A stretch of 64,000 bases of DNA from Coprobacillus sp. (GCA_021203905.1 JAJQAG010000004.1:129939-193938), one strand, 5' to 3'. Positions 18,825 to 27,705 are shown, counted from the stretch's first letter. Translations and numbers: made by a program. Notes: generated by a model not told the origin, from the sequence alone.

Positions 18825-19694
18825 ATGGCAAGTGGCTACTTAACACTCTTAGTCAATGAAGATGAAAGAGAAAAAATCACCACTCTTTTCGCTGACTATG
18901 AAAGACAATGTGGAGAGGTATATTGCACTCACCACTACGAAAGAGAGGGTTATCAAGTAAAACTCTATCAATCGAAAAAAGGAGATAAACTCGTGATTCA
19001 AGGACCAGATCCTATCGAGTTTCGCAATAAATATCTCTCTTTTATTGATGTGTGGGCGTGTGAAGAGAGTCAAATTGGAAGTGATGAGGTAGGAGTGTGT
19101 GATTTCCTTCTCCCTTTAGTGGTGGTTTCTGTCTATCTTGATAAAAAAGATGTCAGTAAGATCGAAGAATATGGAATAAGAGATAGTAAGAAACTCTCTG
19201 ATAGTTATATCCTCTCTATTGGTCCAAAGCTTGTTAAAGAATTTGCTTTTTCGAAGTTAACAGTCTCTAATGAAAAATACGATGAATTAGTGAGAGGGGG
19301 AGAAACCACTCACACGATTAAAGCGAAGCTTCATAATCGTGCTATCGGAAATATTCATAAACAATTCCCACAGTGTGAAAATATCTTTCTTGATCAATTC
19401 GTGAATGAGAAAAAATACTTTGAATATCTAGAAAATGAAGAGGAAGTTGAAAGGAATATCTCCTTTTTAACAAAGAGTGAGACCTACTATCCGAGTGTCG
19501 CTTTAGCTAGTGTCATCGCTCGATACTCTCTTTTATTGGAAAAGAAAAAACTCGAAGAGAAATATCACATGACTTTCCCAGCGGGAGATGGGAAAGAAGC
19601 GGATAACGCCACAAAGAGATTTGTAGCGAGATATGGAAAGGAAGAGTTACATAAAGTAGCAAAAACCACTTTTAAGAATTTCAAAAATATTTAA
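18825..19694 (+). CDS. rnhC: ribonuclease HIII
   Basis: 289 aa with an N-terminal TBP-like domain (YQSKKGDKLVIQG), an RNase HII/HIII catalytic core (GSDEVG..., DSKKL), and Bacillus-like position next to mutS2. Confidence 0.85.
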   Translation: MASGYLTLLVNEDEREKITTLFADYERQCGEVYCTHHYEREGYQVKLYQSKKGDKLVIQGPDPIEFRNKYLSFIDVWACEESQIGSDEVGVCDFLLPLVVVSVYLDKKDVSKIEEYGIRDSKKLSDSYILSIGPKLVKEFAFSKLTVSNEKYDELVRGGETTHTIKAKLHNRAIGNIHKQFPQCENIFLDQFVNEKKYFEYLENEEEVERNISFLTKSETYYPSVALASVIARYSLLLEKKKLEEKYHMTFPAGDGKEADNATKRFVARYGKEELHKVAKTTFKNFKNI

Positions 19695-19705
19695 GGAAGA
19701 TAGAT

Positions 19706-20608
19706 ATGCTTATCCATGTTAGTGACGAGGTACAAGAAGCCCTAGATAATCATCAACCAGTGGTCGCTCTAGAGACCACTATTATTTCTCATGGGATGCC
19801 CTATCCCACAAATGTCGAGACCGCCCTTAAAGTGGAAGAGACAATTCGTTCTTTTGGAGTGGTTCCCGCCACTATCGGTATCATTGATGGGATTCCCACT
19901 GTGGGTATGAACAAAGAACAAATTGAAGAGTTTGGAACCAGAAAAGGAATTAAGAAAGTCTCAAGAAGAGATTTAGCGAGTGTCTGCGCAAATAAACAAT
20001 GGGGCGCCACGACTGTCAGTGGAACCATGATTATCGCCAAAGAAGCGGGGATTAAAGTCTTTGTCACCGGAGGAATCGGTGGGGTGCATCGTGGAGCGGA
20101 AACCACCATGGATATATCTGCGGATCTAGAAGAGCTCGCGCAAACAAATGTTGCCGTTGTTTGTGCGGGACCAAAAGCTATTCTTGATTTAGGATTAACC
20201 CTAGAATACTTAGAGACAAAAGGGGTGACAATCGTTGGTTATCAGACCAATGAACTCCCCGCTTTTTATACAAGAGAAAGCGGCTATCCTGTGGATGTTA
20301 AATGTGACAGCCCAAAGGAGATTGCGGATCTCATTAAGATGAAGAATGAATTGCATCTTGAAGGGGGAATGCTCATCGCTAATCCAATCCCTCAAGAATA
20401 CGCGATGAATAAACTTGTGATGGACTACGCTATTGATCAAGCCATAGAAGAAGCAAACGAGAAAGGAATTAAGGGGAAAGACTTAACGCCATTTCTCCTC
20501 TCTCGAATTAGTGATATCACTGGGGGAGAGTCTCTTGAAAGCAATATTCACCTCATTATGAATAATGCTGTCCTTGGAGCACAACTAGCCCTTGAATTAG
20601 AAAAATAA
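19706..20608 (+). CDS. psuG: pseudouridine-5'-phosphate glycosidase
   Basis: 300 aa with the IndA/PsuG motifs ALETTIISHGMPYP and GGIGGVHRG. Confidence 0.95.
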   Translation: MLIHVSDEVQEALDNHQPVVALETTIISHGMPYPTNVETALKVEETIRSFGVVPATIGIIDGIPTVGMNKEQIEEFGTRKGIKKVSRRDLASVCANKQWGATTVSGTMIIAKEAGIKVFVTGGIGGVHRGAETTMDISADLEELAQTNVAVVCAGPKAILDLGLTLEYLETKGVTIVGYQTNELPAFYTRESGYPVDVKCDSPKEIADLIKMKNELHLEGGMLIANPIPQEYAMNKLVMDYAIDQAIEEANEKGIKGKDLTPFLLSRISDITGGESLESNIHLIMNNAVLGAQLALELEK

Positions 20609-20632
20609 ATCATTTTATTCCTTTTTTAGAGG

Positions 20633-21085
20633 TTATTTGGATGATTCGTCATCCTTTTTTGCTAATTTATTCATCCAAAAAGGAACCTGAAAATAGGAGG
20701 CTTCATCCATATTCATCACAAAGCCATTCACCGTGAAGTTTTTCTTGATGTCTCCCTTTTTAAAGGTGAGAGTGTAAAAACCAAGCACCACTCTTTCAAT
20801 CCCCCCAAGATTGATAAAGTGATAACCCATAAGTCTCTTTTCTATTTCTTCTTTCTCCTTCTCATCAAGACAGAGGGAGTAGTCATATTTAAGAGAGTTA
20901 TATTCCCTGAGATAACTATCGACATCTCTTGAAGTGGGAGACATAAATAGTTCTCCGGTTTCTTCGTTTTTATCAACGAGAAGAAAGGGTTCATCATCGG
21001 TCTGATAAATATAGTTTCTTCCCCTGAATTTAGCGGTCAGTAAATAACGACCTTTTAAAAGATAAAAGTTCCCAATTTCTAACAT
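20633..21085 (-). CDS. hypothetical protein, 150 aa
   Basis: The ORF has GGAGG 5 nt upstream of the ATG. I recognised no motif. It is preceded by copy 2 of the shared 5' element. Confidence 0.55.
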   Translation of the reverse strand: MLEIGNFYLLKGRYLLTAKFRGRNYIYQTDDEPFLLVDKNEETGELFMSPTSRDVDSYLREYNSLKYDYSLCLDEKEKEEIEKRLMGYHFINLGGIERVVLGFYTLTFKKGDIKKNFTVNGFVMNMDEASYFQVPFWMNKLAKKDDESSK

Positions 21086-21089
21086 AAAA

Positions 21090-21122
21090 AACCTCCTTGT
21101 CTATATATTCATTAGGGAGGTT
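21090..21122 (-). repeat. copy 2 of the shared 5' element, embedded in an SD-sequestering hairpin
   Basis: 21092-21115 matches 5162-5186. On the mRNA strand, AACCTCC (21122-21116) can pair with GGAGGTT (21096-21090), which contains the Shine-Dalgarno sequence. The loop is 19 nt. Confidence 0.55.
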
Positions 21123-21148
21123 TAATGCTAATCTCGGACATCAAATTA

Positions 21149-22063
21149 TTAGTCACTGTTAAAAGGTTCGAGTGAATCGAGAATATTTTTAAAATATTCT
21201 GGGAGAGGACTATTAAAGGTCATCTCTTCTTTTGTAGTGGGATGAACAAGGGTTAACTGGTAGGCATGAAGCATCTGTCCATTGGGGCTGAGAGGTTTAA
21301 CATTCTTTTCACCATATAAAGGATCACTTTCAATGGGATAACCAAGATAGGCAAGGTGCACTCTAATCTGGTGAGTACGGCCGGTCTCTAGATCACATTT
21401 AATAAGGGTGTGACTCTTATATCTTTTAACCACTTCAAAGTAGGTCACCGCGCTTTTACCCCCTCTGACCACCGCTTGTTTCATGGGATACTTTTTATCT
21501 TTATCAATGGGTAAATCAATCTTCGCTTTATTCTCCTTAATGTTTCCTCTCACCAGAGCATAGTAACTTCTTCTCATCGTGTGATCTTCAAGTTGCTGTG
21601 AAAGAAAGGCATGAGCATAGTCATTCTTCGCCACACAGACGAGTCCAGAGGTATCTTTATCGATGCGGTGGACAATCCCAGGACGAAGATCCCCGTTTAA
21701 AGTGGAGAGTTGAGCGAAATGATAGGCAAGAGCATTGGCCATGGTGTGGGTCTCATTACTGATTCCAGGGTGCACTACCATACCCTGAGGTTTATCCACA
21801 ATGATAATGTCATCATCCTCATAGACAATATTAAGGGGAATATCTTCTTTAAGAAGAGTGACTTCTTTCTCGACCTCTTCCACACTGATTTCATCATCAA
21901 GTTTAGTGATATAAGAAGGTTTGACTTTAGTGTCATTAACTAACACTCCCCCTTCTTTAATAAGTGTGGCAATACTACTTCTGGACATATTAGGAAAAGA
22001 TAAGGCCAAGGCCTTATCAATTCTCATATCTTTAAGGTAATCGTCAACTTTTACTCTTTCCAC
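21149..22063 (-). CDS. rluD: RluA/RluD-family 23S rRNA pseudouridine synthase
   Basis: 304 aa with an N-terminal S4 domain and the catalytic motif HRIDKDTSGL. It follows lspA, as in Bacillus. Confidence 0.93.
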   Translation of the reverse strand: MERVKVDDYLKDMRIDKALALSFPNMSRSSIATLIKEGGVLVNDTKVKPSYITKLDDEISVEEVEKEVTLLKEDIPLNIVYEDDDIIIVDKPQGMVVHPGISNETHTMANALAYHFAQLSTLNGDLRPGIVHRIDKDTSGLVCVAKNDYAHAFLSQQLEDHTMRRSYYALVRGNIKENKAKIDLPIDKDKKYPMKQAVVRGGKSAVTYFEVVKRYKSHTLIKCDLETGRTHQIRVHLAYLGYPIESDPLYGEKNVKPLSPNGQMLHAYQLTLVHPTTKEEMTFNSPLPEYFKNILDSLEPFNSD

Positions 22064-22886
22064 GAGAGGTCTTCTCCTCTATGGTTTCTTTAGTTGGGGT
22101 CTCTACGGGGGCGACTACAACGTCCTCAACCTTTTCTTCTTCTTTTGGATTTGTGGATTCCTCTCCATGTATTAAAGCGTCCATCTGAGCTTGATGAAGC
22201 GCCACTTCGCTCTTAGCTTTCTCTTCTTTCTCTTTCTTACTTTGTTTTCCGTCCCAGACAAAGAGCCAAATGATAAGCATAATCACTCCGACGACTAAGC
22301 AGGCATCCGCCCAGTTAAAAGTGGGGAACTCATAATTTCCAAAGTGGAAAGCAATCCAATCAATCACTCCACGAGTGCTCCCACTGACACCTAAATAGGA
22401 GGAAGTATAGAAGGCTCGATCAATCAGGTTTCCAATACAGCCCGCAAGAATAATCATGCAACAAGCTCTCGCAAATTTGGGAATCTTTTTATATTTGACT
22501 GCAAAAACAGTAATGATTACTACTGCGGCAATAACACTAATACCAACAAAAACAATGATATTTGCAGTGTAATTACCAGTATCTATTCCAAAAGCCATCC
22601 CATCATTGATGACATATTTTACCCCAAGGAAGTTATTAATAAGCCAGATCTCTTCGCCTTCACTGCTATAGTAGTAAGGAACATAGTCCTTAATTAAAGT
22701 TTTGGTGACGATATCGATAATAAACATCAAAACGAAGAGCCAAATAAAAGACTCGAAGATCCACTTCCAAGTAGCATCCCATTTAGGATGTTTCTTGACA
22801 GTAGCGGTTACTTCTTGTTCGGAAACCTGTGCGCTCTCTACGGGTGTGGTTTCAATAGGAGTTTCTTCCTTGACTTTCTTTGGCAT
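22044..22886 (-). CDS. lspA: lipoprotein signal peptidase II with long terminal extensions
   Basis: The core has LspA motifs (NxGxAFG-like NDGMAFG, and IGNLIDR). I chose the start at ATG 22886, which overlaps the ileS stop (TAATG). There is an acidic/Lys-rich N-terminal extension of about 45 aa and a C-terminal extension of about 80 aa. Confidence 0.88.
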   Translation of the reverse strand: MPKKVKEETPIETTPVESAQVSEQEVTATVKKHPKWDATWKWIFESFIWLFVLMFIIDIVTKTLIKDYVPYYYSSEGEEIWLINNFLGVKYVINDGMAFGIDTGNYTANIIVFVGISVIAAVVIITVFAVKYKKIPKFARACCMIILAGCIGNLIDRAFYTSSYLGVSGSTRGVIDWIAFHFGNYEFPTFNWADACLVVGVIMLIIWLFVWDGKQSKKEKEEKAKSEVALHQAQMDALIHGEESTNPKEEEKVEDVVVAPVETPTKETIEEKTSRGKSKS

Positions 22887-25621
22887 TACTTTTTCTCCAT
22901 GAGATGATGACATCTTGGGCAAAGATATGAATCTTTCTCTACCTCTATGGCGTCATAATCATAGTTCCAACATCTCTCACAATAGTGTCCACTATGACGA
23001 TGGACATCAATGATTGAGTGGTTATATTCATCTCCTTTAATTTCTTCTTTATAGATATTAAATCCGGAGACGACAAAGAGATTCTTTAAATCTTCTTTGT
23101 TTATTTTATCAAATAAGTGGGAAATATTTACATCTTTTATGAAAATATTTACTTCCGCTTCTTGACTAGAACCAATAGTTCCTTTTTCTCTCTCCACTTC
23201 AAGTGCCTTTAAGACTTCACTTCTTAAAGCCTTAAAGAGTTCGTATTCCAAGAGAAGAGCGTCATCCACTTCCCCCTCTTTTGGAAAGTCGAGCAATTGG
23301 ACATATTCCTCTCTTTTCCCAGGAAGATTCTTATTAAATTCGTCCATGGTGAAAGGAAGAATAGGATTAAGTAATCTTAAGATAGATTCTGAGACGAGAT
23401 ACATCACTGATTGCATCTGGTTCCTTCTCTTTGAATCTTTTTCATCACAATATAAAGTGTCTTTAGCAATATCTAGATAGAAGGAAGATAAATCACTAGA
23501 AAGGAAAGTCGTAATATAACTCATTCCGTTCGCGTAGTTATATTCATCAAAACTCTTTCTCACTTCTCTCTCGACATAGTGTAAACGATTAAGGATATAG
23601 GTATCCACAAGGGTAAAATCACTAGTAGTATTCTTGGGATCAAAGTCCACAAGATTCCACGACATAAACTTTAAAGTATTACGGATTTTACGATAGACTT
23701 CACTTACTTGTTTAATGATATCTTCACTCATTCTCACATCGCTTTGATAGTCGATTGTCCCGCAGTAAAGACGAACGACATCGCTACCATACATATCTAT
23801 CACTTTAAGTGGGTCAGTACCATTACCTTTAGACTTAGACATCTTCTCCCATTTTTCATCCATGATAAACCCATGGGTGACCACGGCATCATAGGGGGCG
23901 TGACCATAGACTGCGGTCGAGATAATAAGGGAAGAATTAAACCATCCACGATACTGATCGCTCCCTTCTAAGTAGAGATTTGCGGGGAAATTTAAACCTT
24001 TATCGACGATATTGTACATAAAGGAAGAACCACTATCAAACCACACATCCATGATATCGACTTCCTTAGTAAATATCCCGTGGGGAGAATGAGAATTTTT
24101 ATAGCCTTTAGGGAGTAAATCTATCGGGTCTTTTTCATACCATACATTTGACCCATTTTCTCTCACTAATTTAATAATATTATCAAAGACTTCTTTCTCA
24201 ATAATGGGAGTCTTATCTTCACAGTAAATAATGGGGATAGGAACACCCCACGCTCTCTGACGAGAGATACACCAATCGCTACGATCTTTAATCATATTGA
24301 CCATTCTTACTTCTCCCCAACTTGGGTACCATTTTACCTTATGAATTTCATTTAGAAGCTTCTCTCTAATGGGTTCAATTGAGCAGAACCATTGATCCGT
24401 CGCTCTAAAGATTAAAGGTTTATTAGTTCGCCAATCATGAGGATAGGAGTGAATAAAGGTTTCATGTTTTAAAAGATGTTGATTCTTCGCGAGAATATCA
24501 AGAACGACATCATTTCCTTTCTCGTAGAATAAACCACTTAACTCTGCTCCGACACTCTCATCAAAATATCCCTTCTCATCCACTGGGCAATAAGGTTCAA
24601 TCCCATATTTTTGACAGACAATAAAATCATCCACACCATGTCCACCAGCGGTATGGACAAATCCCGTTCCAGCGTCATCGGTAACATGAGTTCCAAGAAT
24701 AATGGGAACTACTCTCTCATAGAAAGGATGAGAACATTTAACAAGTTCCACTTCTTTTCCCTTAAATTCCCGAATGAGTTTCACATCTTTAAGATTAAGT
24801 TCATTCACTAATTTATCTTTTAGAGAAGTAAGGAAGGCTAAGTTTCCTCTGTTTGTACAATACACTCCATAAGTAAAATCTGGATGAGCGGATATCGCCA
24901 TATTTGCAGGTAAGGTCCATGGGGTGGTGGTCCAAATAACCACTTGATCACCTTTGTTTAAGATGCCATTTCCTTCAATGACATCAAAGGCCACATAGAT
25001 AGAGTGGCTTTCAACATCTTTATATTCAATCTCTGCTTCTGCTAAAGCGCTTTCACTACTCGGGGACCAATAGACAGGCTTAAGGCCTTTATAGATAAGA
25101 CCATCAAGCGCCATCTTGGCGAAACACTCTAGCTGGCTAGCTTCGTATTCTTTTAAAAGGGTGAGATAAGGTTTCTTAAAATCTCCCACGACTCCTAAAC
25201 GTTGGATTTCTTCTTTTTGTCTTTCCACTTGCTCCAAAGCATAGTCTTTACATTGGTCACGGAACTGGACAATAGGTGTGGTCTTTCGATTGATTCCCAT
25301 CGCTGTGACTTTATTTTCAATAGGGAGACCATGGGTATCCCAACCAAAGACAAAGGGTGTTTGATAACCACACATATTCTTATAACGGATGGTGATATCT
25401 TTAAGCACTCGATTAAGCATATGCCCACAGTGCATATCTCCGTTAGCGTAGGGCGGTCCATCATGGAGAGTGTACTCTGGACACTCTTTTCTTTTCTCCA
25501 TCATTAAAGAGTAGAGATCCTCATCTAACCACTTCTTGATAAGAACTGGTTCTTTAGAAGGGAGGTTTCCTCTCATCTCAAAATTACTTTTATTCATCAG
25601 TAAGGTGTCTTTATAATCCAT
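22886..25621 (-). CDS. ileS: isoleucine--tRNA ligase
   Basis: 911 aa with a HIGH-type motif (PYANGDMHCGH), KMSKS, and C-terminal Cys clusters (CERC...CPRC). A T-box lies upstream. Confidence 0.98.
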   Translation of the reverse strand: MDYKDTLLMNKSNFEMRGNLPSKEPVLIKKWLDEDLYSLMMEKRKECPEYTLHDGPPYANGDMHCGHMLNRVLKDITIRYKNMCGYQTPFVFGWDTHGLPIENKVTAMGINRKTTPIVQFRDQCKDYALEQVERQKEEIQRLGVVGDFKKPYLTLLKEYEASQLECFAKMALDGLIYKGLKPVYWSPSSESALAEAEIEYKDVESHSIYVAFDVIEGNGILNKGDQVVIWTTTPWTLPANMAISAHPDFTYGVYCTNRGNLAFLTSLKDKLVNELNLKDVKLIREFKGKEVELVKCSHPFYERVVPIILGTHVTDDAGTGFVHTAGGHGVDDFIVCQKYGIEPYCPVDEKGYFDESVGAELSGLFYEKGNDVVLDILAKNQHLLKHETFIHSYPHDWRTNKPLIFRATDQWFCSIEPIREKLLNEIHKVKWYPSWGEVRMVNMIKDRSDWCISRQRAWGVPIPIIYCEDKTPIIEKEVFDNIIKLVRENGSNVWYEKDPIDLLPKGYKNSHSPHGIFTKEVDIMDVWFDSGSSFMYNIVDKGLNFPANLYLEGSDQYRGWFNSSLIISTAVYGHAPYDAVVTHGFIMDEKWEKMSKSKGNGTDPLKVIDMYGSDVVRLYCGTIDYQSDVRMSEDIIKQVSEVYRKIRNTLKFMSWNLVDFDPKNTTSDFTLVDTYILNRLHYVEREVRKSFDEYNYANGMSYITTFLSSDLSSFYLDIAKDTLYCDEKDSKRRNQMQSVMYLVSESILRLLNPILPFTMDEFNKNLPGKREEYVQLLDFPKEGEVDDALLLEYELFKALRSEVLKALEVEREKGTIGSSQEAEVNIFIKDVNISHLFDKINKEDLKNLFVVSGFNIYKEEIKGDEYNHSIIDVHRHSGHYCERCWNYDYDAIEVEKDSYLCPRCHHLMEKK

Positions 25622-25912
25622 ACTCTCTCCTTAAAAAGAAATAAAAAGCATCCATATCTAAGGACGCTTTCGCGCGGTACCACCTTAGTTCTAGAGAACC
25701 CTCTCTAGCGCTTCATTAGCCTAATAACGTTTAGAAAACGGAGACTTACTCTTAGTTCAGTACTCATAAGAAGGAGTGATATCTATACATCTCTTTCTTG
25801 TTGACCTTTCCATCCACTGCCAACTCGCTGTAAGGGGGTGATATATAAACTTGTCTCCTAATTGCTTACTAACAAGCAAGATTATTATAGAAATAAAGTT
25901 TCTATAACGCAA
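25622..25912 (-). promoter_or_regulatory. T-box riboswitch leader of ileS with its promoter
   Basis: Promoter is TTGCGT (25912-25907), 17 nt, TATAAT (25889-25884). The T-box AACTAAGGTGGTACCGCGCG lies at 25690-25671, with a terminator AAGCGTCC...GGATGCTT plus TTTTATTT. ATC followed by A in the stem I region is the candidate Ile specifier. Confidence 0.9.
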
Positions 25913-25924
25913 GGAAGTTTATAA

Positions 25925-26392
25925 ATAGTATTAGACAGACTATGCTCTAATATCGATAAGTATGTTCCACTTTTAAGCAACTATTTTGCAGTGGCAACCC
26001 CAGATTACAGAACTTATCAAGATATGAACGATAATGTAATCCGTTACAACACTTACAGGAATCGATGGATTGGTGCGTATCTACAAGAACGGGGAATCAA
26101 AGTCATTCCAACCATTGGGTGGGGTAGTAAGCAAACCTTTAAGTATGCCTTTTCCGGGGTGGAAAAAGGAAGTGTCGTGATTGTCTCCACAATTGGTTGC
26201 CAAAAAGTTAAGAAAGATTTTATAAGGGGGTATAACAAGATGCGAAAAGTTATTAAACCATCGATAGTTATCGTTTATGGGAAACTAATCCCAGGAATAA
26301 AAGGCAAAATCATAAATTTTGCTTATGAAGACGCATTTTTAGGACATGATATATCCAATCATATCGAAAATATCAAAAAGGGGGTAAAATAA
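25925..26392 (+). pseudogene. 5'-truncated DUF4417-like gene remnant
   Basis: The frame is open from the stop at 25922-25924. ..PDYRTYQDMNDNVIRYNTYRNRWIGAYLQERGIKVIPTIGW..GSVVIVSTIG matches my recollection of the DUF4417 core (PDFS..Y..YRNRW..G..VIPT). There is no ATG and no SD; only a GTG at 25991. The N-terminal part of the family is missing. Confidence 0.55.
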
Positions 26393-26394
26393 AC

Positions 26395-26805
26395 ATGGGT
26401 GGACGAGGAGCATTTGCCGATTCTAACAATCAAAATTTCACCTTTGTTGAAGGTGGCCAAACTTACCGAACAATTAAAAAATATAAAGGGTTTGAAACAA
26501 TCGAAAAAATTGATCAAACCAAAAATACTGCTATCCCTTTTTATTCCCATTCTGGAAGCAACATATATGTAGTAGTCCAACAGAATAAGATTAAAAATAT
26601 AACAGTGTACGGAGAAAACCACAATGTAGTTACAAGTATTGATTTTTACAAAAAGCACCACGGAGTGATTCCCCATACGCATCCTCATGGGATTCATACA
26701 AATGATGGACCCGGAATCCCACCAACAGAAGAAGAATGGAAGTTGATACGATACATCAAAAAGAAAACGAGGTTAAAATGTTTCAATGATCAAAGCACCA
26801 ATTAA
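26395..26805 (+). CDS. small His-rich protein, possible orphan toxin module (136 aa)
   Basis: The ATG is preceded by AAGGGGG. The ORF starts MGGRGAF and contains the His cluster KKHHGVIPHTHPHGIHT. It is followed by two immunity-like paralogues. I could not confirm a family. Confidence 0.5.
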   Translation: MGGRGAFADSNNQNFTFVEGGQTYRTIKKYKGFETIEKIDQTKNTAIPFYSHSGSNIYVVVQQNKIKNITVYGENHNVVTSIDFYKKHHGVIPHTHPHGIHTNDGPGIPPTEEEWKLIRYIKKKTRLKCFNDQSTN

Positions 26806-27283
26806 TTATTATGGCGAATGCAAATCAATTAATATCTTCTATGACTACTACTATCCACTAAAGAGTGTTGAAGATTTTTGCAATGTCTGCATGGTTTTTG
26901 AGTACGATGGTGTCCTCTATCTTCTAGATGAGGAGATGGTGGATCCAGACATATTTCCTAACAATAAAAATGACGGATGCGATTACTCCATGAGAAGAAT
27001 CTACCGCTTGAAGTTACAAGACGACGGAACTTACCAAAGAACTTTACTTGCTACATATAGAACACTAGCAAAAGTCCTCACGGAATGGAAAGTAGACGGT
27101 GTCCCCTTAGAATCCATGTTTGGAATGGACAATATGAGAGTAATCGAAATGTATTCTCGAGAGTATCGAGAAGAAAACACACTAAACTTTAAAGAATATG
27201 CCGAGAGGTATAAGAGAAATAATGAACCAAACGACAAAAAGACCAAAAAACACAAAAAGAAATGGTGGGAAAAATTGCGATGA
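26786..27283 (+). CDS. immunity-like protein, paralogue 1 (165 aa)
   Basis: It overlaps the upstream ORF by 20 nt. It shares about one third of its residues with the next ORF (FY..YY, Y.G..Y...EE, FPN...DG.DY..R..Y.L...DG, LL..YR, W..DG.P) and has a Lys-rich tail. Confidence 0.6.
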   Translation: MIKAPINYYGECKSINIFYDYYYPLKSVEDFCNVCMVFEYDGVLYLLDEEMVDPDIFPNNKNDGCDYSMRRIYRLKLQDDGTYQRTLLATYRTLAKVLTEWKVDGVPLESMFGMDNMRVIEMYSREYREENTLNFKEYAERYKRNNEPNDKKTKKHKKKWWEKLR

Positions 27284-27663
27284 CAGACAATCACTTTGAT
27301 TCACTAGATGAATTCTACAATTTATACTATGAACGCCGCCCTTATCCTGGACCCGATTACATGGATATGGATTTCTATTACAAAGGAAAGTTTTATTGGT
27401 ACATGGAAGAAGGCATCATGAGAGAAGATTTTCCAAATTTATACCACGATGGGGGAGATTATGCCGTTAGAATTGCTTATGAATTGATACCAGAAGATGG
27501 GAAGCCGATGTCGAAAGAAAAGTACGATTTTACAAAGTGCAAGTGTATATTATTAGGAAAATATCGCTTGATGGAGGATATTCTCAATGATTGGATAATC
27601 GATGGGAAGCCATTTAAAGATGTCCTCATTGATAAAGAGACACATATTTACGATATTAGATAG
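27280..27663 (+). CDS. immunity-like protein, paralogue 2 (127 aa)
   Basis: I chose the start at ATG 27280, which overlaps the upstream TGA (ATGA) and has GGTGGG 10 nt upstream; the track start at 27262 is also possible. It is a paralogue of 26786..27283. Confidence 0.6.
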   Translation: MTDNHFDSLDEFYNLYYERRPYPGPDYMDMDFYYKGKFYWYMEEGIMREDFPNLYHDGGDYAVRIAYELIPEDGKPMSKEKYDFTKCKCILLGKYRLMEDILNDWIIDGKPFKDVLIDKETHIYDIR

Positions 27664-27671
27664 TTCCTATT

Positions 27672-27705
27672 AAAAAAAAAGGTGGCTGGGCCACCTTTTA
27701 TTTAT
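27672..27705. terminator. bidirectional terminator (island / ftsZ)
   Basis: Perfect 9-bp stem AAAGGTGGC-TGG-GCCACCTTT (27678-27698), with an A-run upstream and a T-run downstream. It abuts the ftsZ stop codon. Confidence 0.85.

Noticed and set aside
26359-26697. Minus-strand ORFs inside the island (26053..26238, 26359..26697, 27031..27294).
   Set aside because: They are antisense to the plus-strand ORFs, which show paralogy, coupling and RBS signals. Their translations are Phe/Ile/Cys-rich low-complexity sequences and none has an SD.
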